From positions 7,672 through 71,671 of the IMG/VR virus record IMGVR_UViG_3300046517_000355: DNA of 64,000 nucleotides; one strand, given 5' to 3'. Position numbers and translations under genes: made by a program. Below, in pieces: positions 42,804 through 51,724 of the stretch (positions are counted from its first letter, which is position 1; every line of letters begins with the position of its first letter). The stretch comes from a virus. Under the pieces are notes generated by a model. That model did not search any database, was not told the origin of the DNA, and was given only the letters and a program-made list of their open reading frames with translations.

Positions 42804-44087
42804 CTAAATCAATGCTATGAGAACGATCACCGCAAAAGTCGCGAAAGCGGCTGCCAGAAATGAGACAACCGGATTCGTCGAGAGAGCTTGTGTGAGCTTC
42901 GACTTTGGCGGCTCGGTATAGACGACATCCTTCGTCGTCTGGTCAGTGTTCGTCTTGACGAATAGTTCGTCACGCTTGAACAGATCGAGCTTCTTCGTGA
43001 AGTACCAGATGCCGACAAGTATCAGACCTCCGATGATCAGATACGGAGCGACGACTTTCAGCAAGTCAAGTTGTTTGTCTGAGAGATCGAGCTTCGGAAT
43101 CGTGTAGGTGCCGGCGAGTATGCCGAGCACGACGCCCCAAGCTTTCGAAAATAGTCCGACTTTCTGCTCTGCCGGTATCGAAACGGGCTCGGATTGCTTT
43201 GCCTTCTCGATCTTCTTCTCCTCGGATTTGTCAGCTTCCACGGTGACAGTTTGCTTCACAGAGTCTCCAGACGGCGTATCCGCGACATTGATCACCTGAG
43301 AATCGCCCGAATTGCCTGCTGGAGGCTCGCTGGGGAGGTTTTCGGTACTACTCGTGCTAGATACAGACGGTTCGCTCTCCGCGGTGTCGTCAGGCGTCAC
43401 GAACGGCGTCGCGTCTGATCCAGCGATCAGCGACGCACGCAGACACTTCGCGAACGCTGTCGAGTCATTGACGATGTGCGTGCCGACACTCACAGTGTCG
43501 CCTTTGTCGTGGTACGCTTTGTCGCCATTCACGATCTCGCGCGCCATGTAATAGTCGTTCCTGACGGGATTGATGTACCGATCAAGAGTCTGACCTGGGC
43601 GATAGAGTCCGAGATGCATGCCGAGCGTCGTCGCGGCCATCGAGACATCAGGATCGAAAAGCAGATCAGGCGTCTTCACGAGATCGAAGTCAGGAAAGCG
43701 GGCGGCTATCTCTGGGAAGTATTTTTTGATGTACGCAGTCAGCTTCTTGTAGTTCGCCTCCCATGTGTTTTGCACATGACCGCGTCCGAAGAAAGGATAA
43801 TATCTGAGATGCTTCCAGAAGCGCCGCACTCGATCTGTATTGCCTTGATAATACCCAGGCTCGTCGGCGTCTCCTAGATAGTAGCCTTCAGCGCATGGCT
43901 CGAACGAATGAGCAGTCTCGCGCTTGATCTGCGCGAGTGCATTCGCCATCTGCTCAAGCATGTCCCACCAGCCAAAATACTTCTCGAAGAAGTTGAGGAT
44001 CTGTGTGAGCGACGCGACTTGATCCTTCGACGGCGAGTCAAAATGTTTTTTGTATTCATCAAAGAAAATCTTGCGATCAAATTTCAT
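42804..44087 (-). CDS. Endolysin, GH19/lysozyme-like, with C-terminal TM segments
   Basis: LAQIKRET, FFGRGHVQNTWEANY, AREIVNG; hydrophobic C-terminal helices. Confidence 0.8.
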   Translation of the reverse strand: MKFDRKIFFDEYKKHFDSPSKDQVASLTQILNFFEKYFGWWDMLEQMANALAQIKRETAHSFEPCAEGYYLGDADEPGYYQGNTDRVRRFWKHLRYYPFFGRGHVQNTWEANYKKLTAYIKKYFPEIAARFPDFDLVKTPDLLFDPDVSMAATTLGMHLGLYRPGQTLDRYINPVRNDYYMAREIVNGDKAYHDKGDTVSVGTHIVNDSTAFAKCLRASLIAGSDATPFVTPDDTAESEPSVSSTSSTENLPSEPPAGNSGDSQVINVADTPSGDSVKQTVTVEADKSEEKKIEKAKQSEPVSIPAEQKVGLFSKAWGVVLGILAGTYTIPKLDLSDKQLDLLKVVAPYLIIGGLILVGIWYFTKKLDLFKRDELFVKTNTDQTTKDVVYTEPPKSKLTQALSTNPVVSFLAAAFATFAVIVLIALI

Positions 44088-44115
44088 GTTGGTTCCTCCT
44101 CTGGTAAAGTTCGAA

Positions 44116-44541
44116 TTATCCTGCGGCGGCCGCAGTCTGCGCCTCCGGCTCCTGCTCTTGATCAACGTCGATGATCAGCCAGTCGAGCAGGTCGAGGTCC
44201 ATTGTGGTGAATGAGATCGAGGCATTGAAGTTCGCGAGCTTCAGCGTCGAGGCATTGATCTCGATGTCAACTTCGACAAGCTCCTTGAATTCAGCATCGA
44301 ATGCCGCACGCGCTTCAGGCGTCGGAAAGTCCCAGATTTGCGTCTGCTCATTCAGCTTTGCATCGACCTTCTTCAGCATTTCGACACGAGATGTCTCATA
44401 GTTCTCCATGATCGGAGCCGTCTGCTTGATCAGGTTCCTCAGCTTGAAAGCTGTCTTGATGGGAAGCTCCTTCGACGCGAGACGCGCGAGTGCTCCGCTG
44501 TTCACTGCATTAACAAGTTTCGAGAGTGTTGTCCTTATCAT
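44116..44541 (-). CDS. Hypothetical protein (DUF1617-like)
   Basis: LPIKTAFKL...EL...L.WLI pattern common after tail fibres. Confidence 0.6.
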   Translation of the reverse strand: MIRTTLSKLVNAVNSGALARLASKELPIKTAFKLRNLIKQTAPIMENYETSRVEMLKKVDAKLNEQTQIWDFPTPEARAAFDAEFKELVEVDIEINASTLKLANFNASISFTTMDLDLLDWLIIDVDQEQEPEAQTAAAAG

Positions 44542-44810
44542 CCTATGTCTCCTGGGTCTTGAACTGCGGCTATTGCCGTGGCGGCTGCCGCACCTTGTGT
44601 CTGCCGCATATATATCGACTTGAAGTCGCGAGCGATCTTCTGCTTTGCGAACTGTGCCTTTGTCTGTGGGTTTGGGATCTGCGGTCCGGTAGGATTCTGC
44701 GGATCGATGATCGTTGACTGATAACCCCACTCCTTCGCGAGTGCGTCGAGCATCGCATTGACTGTGATGCCTGCCGGCAGGTCGAAAGGCGGGATCGTGA
44801 GTTGCGCCAT
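44538..44810 (-). CDS. Hypothetical protein after the tail fibre
   Basis: SD AAGGAGG; IPNPQTKAQF. Confidence 0.7.
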   Translation of the reverse strand: MAQLTIPPFDLPAGITVNAMLDALAKEWGYQSTIIDPQNPTGPQIPNPQTKAQFAKQKIARDFKSIYMRQTQGAAAATAIAAVQDPGDIG

Positions 44811-44827
44811 AAGTGTCCTCCTTTAGT

Positions 44828-47800
44828 TTATGTTAGTAGAACTTTCTTGATCGTACCACTGTCATTGTAAGCTAAGAACACATCGCCACTAGAAGTGTTC
44901 CTGTGAATGCCAAAATCTTTATTCGTCGTCAACTGCGTGGTAGTGGGGTTGCCGGCCGATGATGTGAATCCTATACATCGTAGGGTTCCGGCGGAAAGCG
45001 TCGCCGCAAATAGATCGTTGATACTATTTATATCATTCGATCCGAGGTTGATGTCGCTGTTGAAAGTCGTTGGGTTATTGAACGTGAATCCCGCACCAGA
45101 GCCAACCGAATCAAACGTCACACCGCCCGTCGCGCCTATAGTGGTTTTCAAGTAGTTCGAGGCATCGTATCTTTGCCTGATCTCGCGGCCGGTGAAATAC
45201 AGGACCTGGTTATTGAACTCGCCGTAGATCAACGGCGTCGTCGTGTTGGAATTTGATATATAGAGCCGATTCGAGTTTGTCTCTGAATATCCCGCCTGAT
45301 AACCGATAAAGACGCTGGCTGATCCGCTCACGTTTGAGAATCCAGCATTGCTACCAATGAAGGTATTCTGTCCTCCTGTAGTTGTCGAGAATCCCGCCCA
45401 CGTACCGAACCCTGAATTATTAGCACCAGATGATATTGAGAAAAATGAAATATATCCGAATGTGCATAATTCCGTCGCCGTAGAGCCTGCTGTTCCTTGA
45501 CCTGCATTGCCTCCTACCGCTGTGTTATAACTGCCTAATAAATACTGACCAGTAGGCACACCGATGTAGGTATTGCTACTGCCTGTTGAATTCAAGGACA
45601 TAGCACTAGAGCCAATGGCCACGCATGAACTGCCTGACGTTAATGATCCTGCGGCCTGCAAGCCGATAGCTACCGTTGAATCGGCGGTCGTTAAGGCTCC
45701 TGCCGCGAGATACCCGATCGCGATGTTGTAGTTGCCTGTGGTGAGAACAGGTGCGGCCTGTAAACCGATCAACACATTTGCGCCGCCAGAGGTAACATTC
45801 GCTCCTGCCGAATACCCAATGGCGATGTTTCCATCGCCCGTCACAACACCAGCCATTGCCGAGTTACCAATGGCGACGTTGAACCTCCCTGCTGTTATCG
45901 CGGCTCCGGCTCCGACTCCGATTGCTGTTGTAAAGAAACCTGTGTAACCTCCGCCATGCGCCGCGCCGATAAAAATATCACCAGATGCAGGAGAATCGAT
46001 GATCGCCGCGACGCCTACTGTTAATTTATTCCCATCGAATAATAGATTGGCGCTTGTCGCGAAATTCTGCGAGCCGTCGAGGTACGCAACACGATTCGCC
46101 GCACCTCCTGACACTGCTCGTCCTACTGTCAGTGGGTTCGCCCACTTGATGCCTGTCGAGAGTGAACTGTCTGCGGTCAATACGAGATTATTTGCGCCGA
46201 CTGTTCGGATCGCGGCAGCTCCTGCGCCAGTGCCGGCAAGCAGATCGCCTTTTGCGGTCCACGCAGGATCCGCAGTGATGCTCGGCGCAGTCGTATTGAT
46301 CACGTTGCCACTCGCATCAAAAGTCAGGTATTGTCCTGTGAGAGGACTCGTGATCGCAAACGGAGGAATGTTATAGACAGGGTTCTCTCCTATGTGCGCA
46401 TTCTCGACAAGTTGCATCGCGAGTTGCGGCACGTTTCCCGCCGGCGTGAGTTGCGTCGTGAAAGGCTTGATCACGACGATGCTGTTCACTGTCCAATGAG
46501 TGCCGATGCTCCCGTTGAATGCGATGTCGAGCACGAGCGCATTATTTTTGAGCGATGTAGGCGTCGAGAGCCACGTAAAGATCGGCGCATCATCGACAGA
46601 GACAAAGAGGTTCCCGTGCTGAGTGCGTCCGATGAAGATCGACTCGACGCCAAGAAGCCCTGAAACGCCGCCTGCGGACGGTGTCGGGTTGTGATCGAGG
46701 AGCGTGTTGTTATTGTAGGTATCGAGCGAGCCGTCATCATTGCAGACGACTCGAAACGGCATCGATGTCGTATTCTGATCTGGATCCGTGTTGCTCAGTC
46801 CTACAGTCGTGCCTTGGCCGCCGGTGATGCCTAGTCCGCCTGTCGCCTGAAAGTAAAAGCCGCCTGCTTGATCGGCAGGAATGCCGTCGATAGACAATCC
46901 ACTACTTCCCCACCCAGTGCCTCCTGTACGAGCGGCATTGCCTGTCGTCGAGTTATATGAAGCATTGACAAGGTTCTGCGCAGTCGGAACGATTGTCTGA
47001 ATGTTGTCGGCAAGGTTTCCTACAAGCAAAGGCAGAAGATCGATCACTGTTCCGATGCCCGCGCTCGTGAAGCCGCGGACATACATGTGCGACGCTCCGC
47101 CTGTCGAAGGGTCGACGCCGTAGTCATGCACGACAGTCTCGATAATAGTGTGCCCGACAGTCTTGCGGCGATAGAGCTTGCAGGTCGTCCCAGGTGTGAT
47201 GTCGATCACATACTCCTCACCGACAACATAGGAGCCAAACGAGGAATTGCCTGGGACTGTTCCGAACGTGCCGTCGGCATTGAAGTAAACCGCGATATAA
47301 AACGCATCAGGAAACCAAGTGCGTCCTACATCGAGAGCGATGCCTTGACTGACATTGTTTTTATGAGGAGCAACATAGACGCGATTCTGCACCGGTTGCA
47401 TGATCAGCGCTGTGCTCAGCGTCGCTCCGCGGTAGGTACCTGTCGCGCTGATCACTTTGAGCGTGTGATCGTCTTGCGAGACTGTCTCGTGGAGATCAGT
47501 CCATGCGAATCTGAAAGGCAGGACGAATGAGAACGTCGCGAACAGCGACGACACTGCTCCAATATTCGTGACTGCATAGACTCTGCGAGTGATGATCGGC
47601 TCAGTCGTCCGCACCTCAGAATACTCAGGAACGAAAGTGATCGCGATCAGACGATCAAATTCATCCGTCACTCGATACGAGGTGACATCTTTCGTCGTGC
47701 TCGGATCCCACGTCCACCTGATGCGTGTTCCGTCGAACGTCGAGCGCATATTCATCGGTGGGTTCGGGTTGATCTGCTGGACGACGATCTCGCTGATGAA

Positions 47801-50512
47801 CTGAGGATGCGAATCGAATGGGAAAGAAGCACCGATGCGGTTCTCAGTGACAGCCTTCACGAAATGCTGGCCGAGTTGCGCAGGCACGATCTCAAAGACT
47901 GCGTGCTGTGCGATGTCAGGAACCAAAGTGATCCCAGGCCCTTCCCAGTCGCTTAGGACATGCGCTCTGATCCTGAATGTACCGACAAAGCCGAGCGGCG
48001 ATCCTGCGAGCGTCGCGCTCACCTGAAAGCCTGAGCTTGTCGCATTGACGACATACAGCACAGTGCCGACTACATTCAGCGAGTTCTCTGCCGGCAAGGC
48101 GTCGTCGCCTGCGAGAAAGACAACCTGATCTCCATTGACGAAGTTATTGAAGGCATTACTGAAGATGTCCGTCGCAGGATTCATCACGACGGCTCTGATC
48201 TCGGTTGTTGGATGGCGTCTCCATACACGAGCACGCTGACCGTCGTACGGCGTGAAGGTAACGTCGCCAGTCAGCGCATACGTCCACGAGCCGTCGGCAA
48301 GCTGTCGAGCGCTCTCTCCCAATGCAATCGTTTGCACGAGCGGCGCCGGTCGACGGAATGTGTTGTCGATCGGCGGGATCAGCGGCACCGCCGGTCCGTG
48401 ATCTGTATCTTGATACCAGTCTTTCGTGATCACCTGAAGCGAGAAAGCTCGCACCGGCACTGTGTCCGTGACAACGTTCTCCTCAGTCACGAGAAAGAGT
48501 ACAGGTGTCAGAAGATCATACCCAGGCGTGTCGTCGCTCACATTCACATAGTCGCCTATTGCCGCGACGTATGACTGAAAGAAGGAGCTGATCGTTGCGA
48601 AGACAGGGAGATCAGACAAGAGCCTCGCCTGCGCACTGAGAATGCGCTGGCCTTCGCTCTGGTTCATCACGCCGAACTGGAGAAGCCCGCTGTCTCGAAG
48701 TGTGCCTCCTACGTCTGACCTCAATTGATCGCGATCAACGAAGACAGGCACCTGCTTCAGGAACATGTCCTGCGTGTCTCTGATCACTGCTCGGTAGAAG
48801 TTCGTGCGGTTCTCAGGATCAATGCGCGTCATCTTGACTCCGGCCTGCACAATGTTCGACACGACGCTGGTGTCGGGATCGTATTTGAAGAAGAATGCCT
48901 CCGCACGAGTCATGTCCGTGAGCATCTTCAGCGCGCCATTGACGTCCTGCTTCTCGACGCCTGGGCTTCGTTTGAGCACACCATCGACCGCGTCCTGCAT
49001 GAGCGTCGGCTGAGGATAGACAACATTCGACGTAAAGCGAGGAATGTTGATCGGTGCGCCTCCAGCGGAGCCTGGGACGACAATTGCCGAAGAGATCGCC
49101 GCATTCGTGCTGTCAGAACCATGTACTTGGAAATACATCGTCGATGCCGGAGCAACCGTAGCAGGAACACCTACGAGCCTGACGCCATTCTGATAGCCGA
49201 CAAAGACTCTGTTCTCTATCGCAAACTTAATGCGATCTCCATTTGCCCATGTTCCAATCTGCGTATTTCCGAGCGCGGTGTTGTAATAGAGCTTGCCATC
49301 TGGCGCCAGTAGCAGGCCGGAGATATTCCCTGGATTGGCGCCAACATTTGTACTCACAAAGCCTGGTATGATCTGTCCGGCGACCATCGTTATTTCGACA
49401 GAATAATCTTTCTCAGTCGAAAGGATCGCGCGTCCGACTGCGTTCGCGTGTCCTCCGCTGAAGGTCGTTCGACTTGCGGCTCCGATCGTGTTGTCAACCG
49501 TCATCGGACCATTCGTCGTGATCCACTGCATCGTGCCTTGCGCCTGCGGGCCGCTTGTCCACGGCAGTGTCGCATTGCATCGATCTCGATAGTCCTTCCA
49601 CGTCTGCCCTCTGAAGCGTGGCACAGTGATGCCTAGGTGCGTGTAGGAGGTCGGCATCTTCGCATCATTGAGGTAGAAGTCGAGGATCTCAAGCGCGTTA
49701 TTCACGCCGTACGTCGCAGTGCCTACTGCATTGAGTGTGATGATGTCAGTCGAAGGATCGACAGTGAAGTCTCGAAGCTTCTTGCCTTGGACGATATAAC
49801 GCATGTCATCTGGCGCGAAGTCTGTTTGGAACCGTGCAGGCACTTGCATCTCGATGTAGGCAATGCCTGAAAGCGTGAAGTCGAGCCCAGGCCAGAACTG
49901 CGGACGACCTTGATCAGGATCATCGAAGCCTGCATTCGCTTTGTAAATTCTGATCGTACCTGCTCCGACAGTCGTGAGATCGATTGCCGCACCGCCGACA
50001 GTGAGCGAGAGGTCGATGTCGAATGTCGTGCCTGAGACAAGTGTCTTGCTCTTGATGTAATAGGGAGCATGTTCATCGACAAGCGGAGCCGGAACGGCAG
50101 GCTGTGTGACTGCGTTCGAGCCTTCAGCGATCACCTTGTAAGTGTCACCGACAGCGACAGAGACAGCGAGAATGCCTGACGGATCATTGAATCTGATCTT
50201 ATTCCCACTCGTATCTACCGAGACGGCCGTCGCATAGACAGGAATCTTCGTCATGCGTCCGTCGTGAAAGCGCCAGTTTCGGACGCCGCCTTCGATCTCA
50301 GGAATGACAAAGCCTCGGTAGGTGACCATCAGCATCTTGTCAACCGCCGCATCGCCGTCGCGTCGCGAGCCTTCACAGATGATCGTCAAGAGCAGATTCG
50401 GAGAAGTGAATTCGACATCGAGTCCGCGCGTGATGCCGACACCGTAGAGCCGAGTAAGATTCGGGTTCTCAGTGTCGCCGTCAGTTCGAAAAACGTATGA
50501 GCCTGTTCCCAT
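44828..50512 (-). CDS. Central tail fibre/host-specificity protein
   Basis: 1894 aa; gpJ-like N-terminal half, FN3-like segment, C-terminal NxAIGxxA beta-helix repeats. Confidence 0.8.
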   Translation of the reverse strand: MGTGSYVFRTDGDTENPNLTRLYGVGITRGLDVEFTSPNLLLTIICEGSRRDGDAAVDKMLMVTYRGFVIPEIEGGVRNWRFHDGRMTKIPVYATAVSVDTSGNKIRFNDPSGILAVSVAVGDTYKVIAEGSNAVTQPAVPAPLVDEHAPYYIKSKTLVSGTTFDIDLSLTVGGAAIDLTTVGAGTIRIYKANAGFDDPDQGRPQFWPGLDFTLSGIAYIEMQVPARFQTDFAPDDMRYIVQGKKLRDFTVDPSTDIITLNAVGTATYGVNNALEILDFYLNDAKMPTSYTHLGITVPRFRGQTWKDYRDRCNATLPWTSGPQAQGTMQWITTNGPMTVDNTIGAASRTTFSGGHANAVGRAILSTEKDYSVEITMVAGQIIPGFVSTNVGANPGNISGLLLAPDGKLYYNTALGNTQIGTWANGDRIKFAIENRVFVGYQNGVRLVGVPATVAPASTMYFQVHGSDSTNAAISSAIVVPGSAGGAPINIPRFTSNVVYPQPTLMQDAVDGVLKRSPGVEKQDVNGALKMLTDMTRAEAFFFKYDPDTSVVSNIVQAGVKMTRIDPENRTNFYRAVIRDTQDMFLKQVPVFVDRDQLRSDVGGTLRDSGLLQFGVMNQSEGQRILSAQARLLSDLPVFATISSFFQSYVAAIGDYVNVSDDTPGYDLLTPVLFLVTEENVVTDTVPVRAFSLQVITKDWYQDTDHGPAVPLIPPIDNTFRRPAPLVQTIALGESARQLADGSWTYALTGDVTFTPYDGQRARVWRRHPTTEIRAVVMNPATDIFSNAFNNFVNGDQVVFLAGDDALPAENSLNVVGTVLYVVNATSSGFQVSATLAGSPLGFVGTFRIRAHVLSDWEGPGITLVPDIAQHAVFEIVPAQLGQHFVKAVTENRIGASFPFDSHPQFISEIVVQQINPNPPMNMRSTFDGTRIRWTWDPSTTKDVTSYRVTDEFDRLIAITFVPEYSEVRTTEPIITRRVYAVTNIGAVSSLFATFSFVLPFRFAWTDLHETVSQDDHTLKVISATGTYRGATLSTALIMQPVQNRVYVAPHKNNVSQGIALDVGRTWFPDAFYIAVYFNADGTFGTVPGNSSFGSYVVGEEYVIDITPGTTCKLYRRKTVGHTIIETVVHDYGVDPSTGGASHMYVRGFTSAGIGTVIDLLPLLVGNLADNIQTIVPTAQNLVNASYNSTTGNAARTGGTGWGSSGLSIDGIPADQAGGFYFQATGGLGITGGQGTTVGLSNTDPDQNTTSMPFRVVCNDDGSLDTYNNNTLLDHNPTPSAGGVSGLLGVESIFIGRTQHGNLFVSVDDAPIFTWLSTPTSLKNNALVLDIAFNGSIGTHWTVNSIVVIKPFTTQLTPAGNVPQLAMQLVENAHIGENPVYNIPPFAITSPLTGQYLTFDASGNVINTTAPSITADPAWTAKGDLLAGTGAGAAAIRTVGANNLVLTADSSLSTGIKWANPLTVGRAVSGGAANRVAYLDGSQNFATSANLLFDGNKLTVGVAAIIDSPASGDIFIGAAHGGGYTGFFTTAIGVGAGAAITAGRFNVAIGNSAMAGVVTGDGNIAIGYSAGANVTSGGANVLIGLQAAPVLTTGNYNIAIGYLAAGALTTADSTVAIGLQAAGSLTSGSSCVAIGSSAMSLNSTGSSNTYIGVPTGQYLLGSYNTAVGGNAGQGTAGSTATELCTFGYISFFSISSGANNSGFGTWAGFSTTTGGQNTFIGSNAGFSNVSGSASVFIGYQAGYSETNSNRLYISNSNTTTPLIYGEFNNQVLYFTGREIRQRYDASNYLKTTIGATGGVTFDSVGSGAGFTFNNPTTFNSDINLGSNDINSINDLFAATLSAGTLRCIGFTSSAGNPTTTQLTTNKDFGIHRNTSSGDVFLAYNDSGTIKKVLLT

Positions 50513-50514
50513 GT

Positions 50515-51723
50515 TTAGTAATACTGGCCAATGTCTATTTTATTGTGACCTTCAATCGTCAAACCTTTTTCCATGCCTGCGTTATAGTGAGCGGTCTTCG
50601 AATTTGCCAGCGTGATCTTGACCACATCGCCTTTTCCAGCGTCCTTGATGTCGGTGATCAATGCTGACAAAGCCTTGCTCGAATAGTGAGAGAAGCCAAC
50701 GATGTTCTCTCCTATCTGAAGATCGCTCACCACTTTCCCAGGCACATCATCCTTCGAGCGGACAACGGGATGATCGTGACTGCATCTCAGCCACGCGCCT
50801 GAATCGAGAAAAAGATCGTATTTCTGAATGTTCGGAATGATCGAGTGCTTCTCGACGACGCCACATCGGTCGAAGCTGTCGATCAAGATCATACCGACTT
50901 CCACGTCTGCGGCTTTGAGAGAGACGCGTTTGCCTCGCGTGAGATAGACATCGACGAACGCTTCAGGATCAGGGCAGCCTCCTCCACCTCCGCCTCCGCC
51001 AGTGCCGATCGGTCCGCCGCCTGTCGGACCTCCGCCGCCACTTCCCCAGCCACCATTGCCGCTGAGGTTTGTGTTGAGTTGCAAGATCGGGACGCCCCAG
51101 AAGCGGAACTGCCAGCGCTTCGACAAACAGCCGTTGACAGGATCGTCGTAAATCTTCGAGCACGTCTCTAGTGGGGCGATCAATCCTGCAGGACGTCCGC
51201 ATCTATCGTCTCCGTAGACGGCAAGGCATCTCTGTGTAAGTGATCGATTTGCGACGCTCACAGATCGCGAGTCCGTGTCTGCGATGAATTCGACCGTGCA
51301 GGTATCGTCGTCTGCCTCAGCGCTTCGAACGACGCCGACGAAATAGATGTCCGCTTCAGCCGTGCCGTCTGCCTTGATAAAGCAATTAGAGATCACGATG
51401 CGACTGCCTTCGAGCACATTCGAAAGCTGAGACACATTGATGCCGAGCGCGTGATCGAGATCGATGATGTCGATTGTTCCTGTGTTCGGTGACGTTCCTC
51501 TCGTGAATTTCGGCGCGGCTGTCTTCGCGATCTTCCCAGGATAGAAGACCGGCGTCACTGAGACAGACGTACCAAGCAGGTTGAGCGACGACACGACAAG
51601 CTCGATCTCTCCGCCTCTGATCACAGTCACGCCGTCGCGCAGTGTGATGTCAAAGCACTGGAACGAATTGTGCGTCTGCGTCGCGATTTGTCCGAGAATG
51701 AATGGCGAAAGATCGCGTGGCAT
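50515..51723 (-). CDS. Tail-tip protein (gpL/DUF2163-like, Cys cluster) with C-terminal Hint domain
   Basis: C...YGDDRC...CSK...C; Gly linker; C250-PDPEAFV...CSHDHPV...GHN-K. Confidence 0.75.
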   Translation of the reverse strand: MPRDLSPFILGQIATQTHNSFQCFDITLRDGVTVIRGGEIELVVSSLNLLGTSVSVTPVFYPGKIAKTAAPKFTRGTSPNTGTIDIIDLDHALGINVSQLSNVLEGSRIVISNCFIKADGTAEADIYFVGVVRSAEADDDTCTVEFIADTDSRSVSVANRSLTQRCLAVYGDDRCGRPAGLIAPLETCSKIYDDPVNGCLSKRWQFRFWGVPILQLNTNLSGNGGWGSGGGGPTGGGPIGTGGGGGGGGCPDPEAFVDVYLTRGKRVSLKAADVEVGMILIDSFDRCGVVEKHSIIPNIQKYDLFLDSGAWLRCSHDHPVVRSKDDVPGKVVSDLQIGENIVGFSHYSSKALSALITDIKDAGKGDVVKITLANSKTAHYNAGMEKGLTIEGHNKIDIGQYY

Positions 51724-51724
51724 A

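Noticed and set aside
45300-45960. Tail-fibre repeats as a diversity-generating retroelement target
   Set aside because: No reverse transcriptase and no near-identical template repeat seen; the repeats are at the protein level
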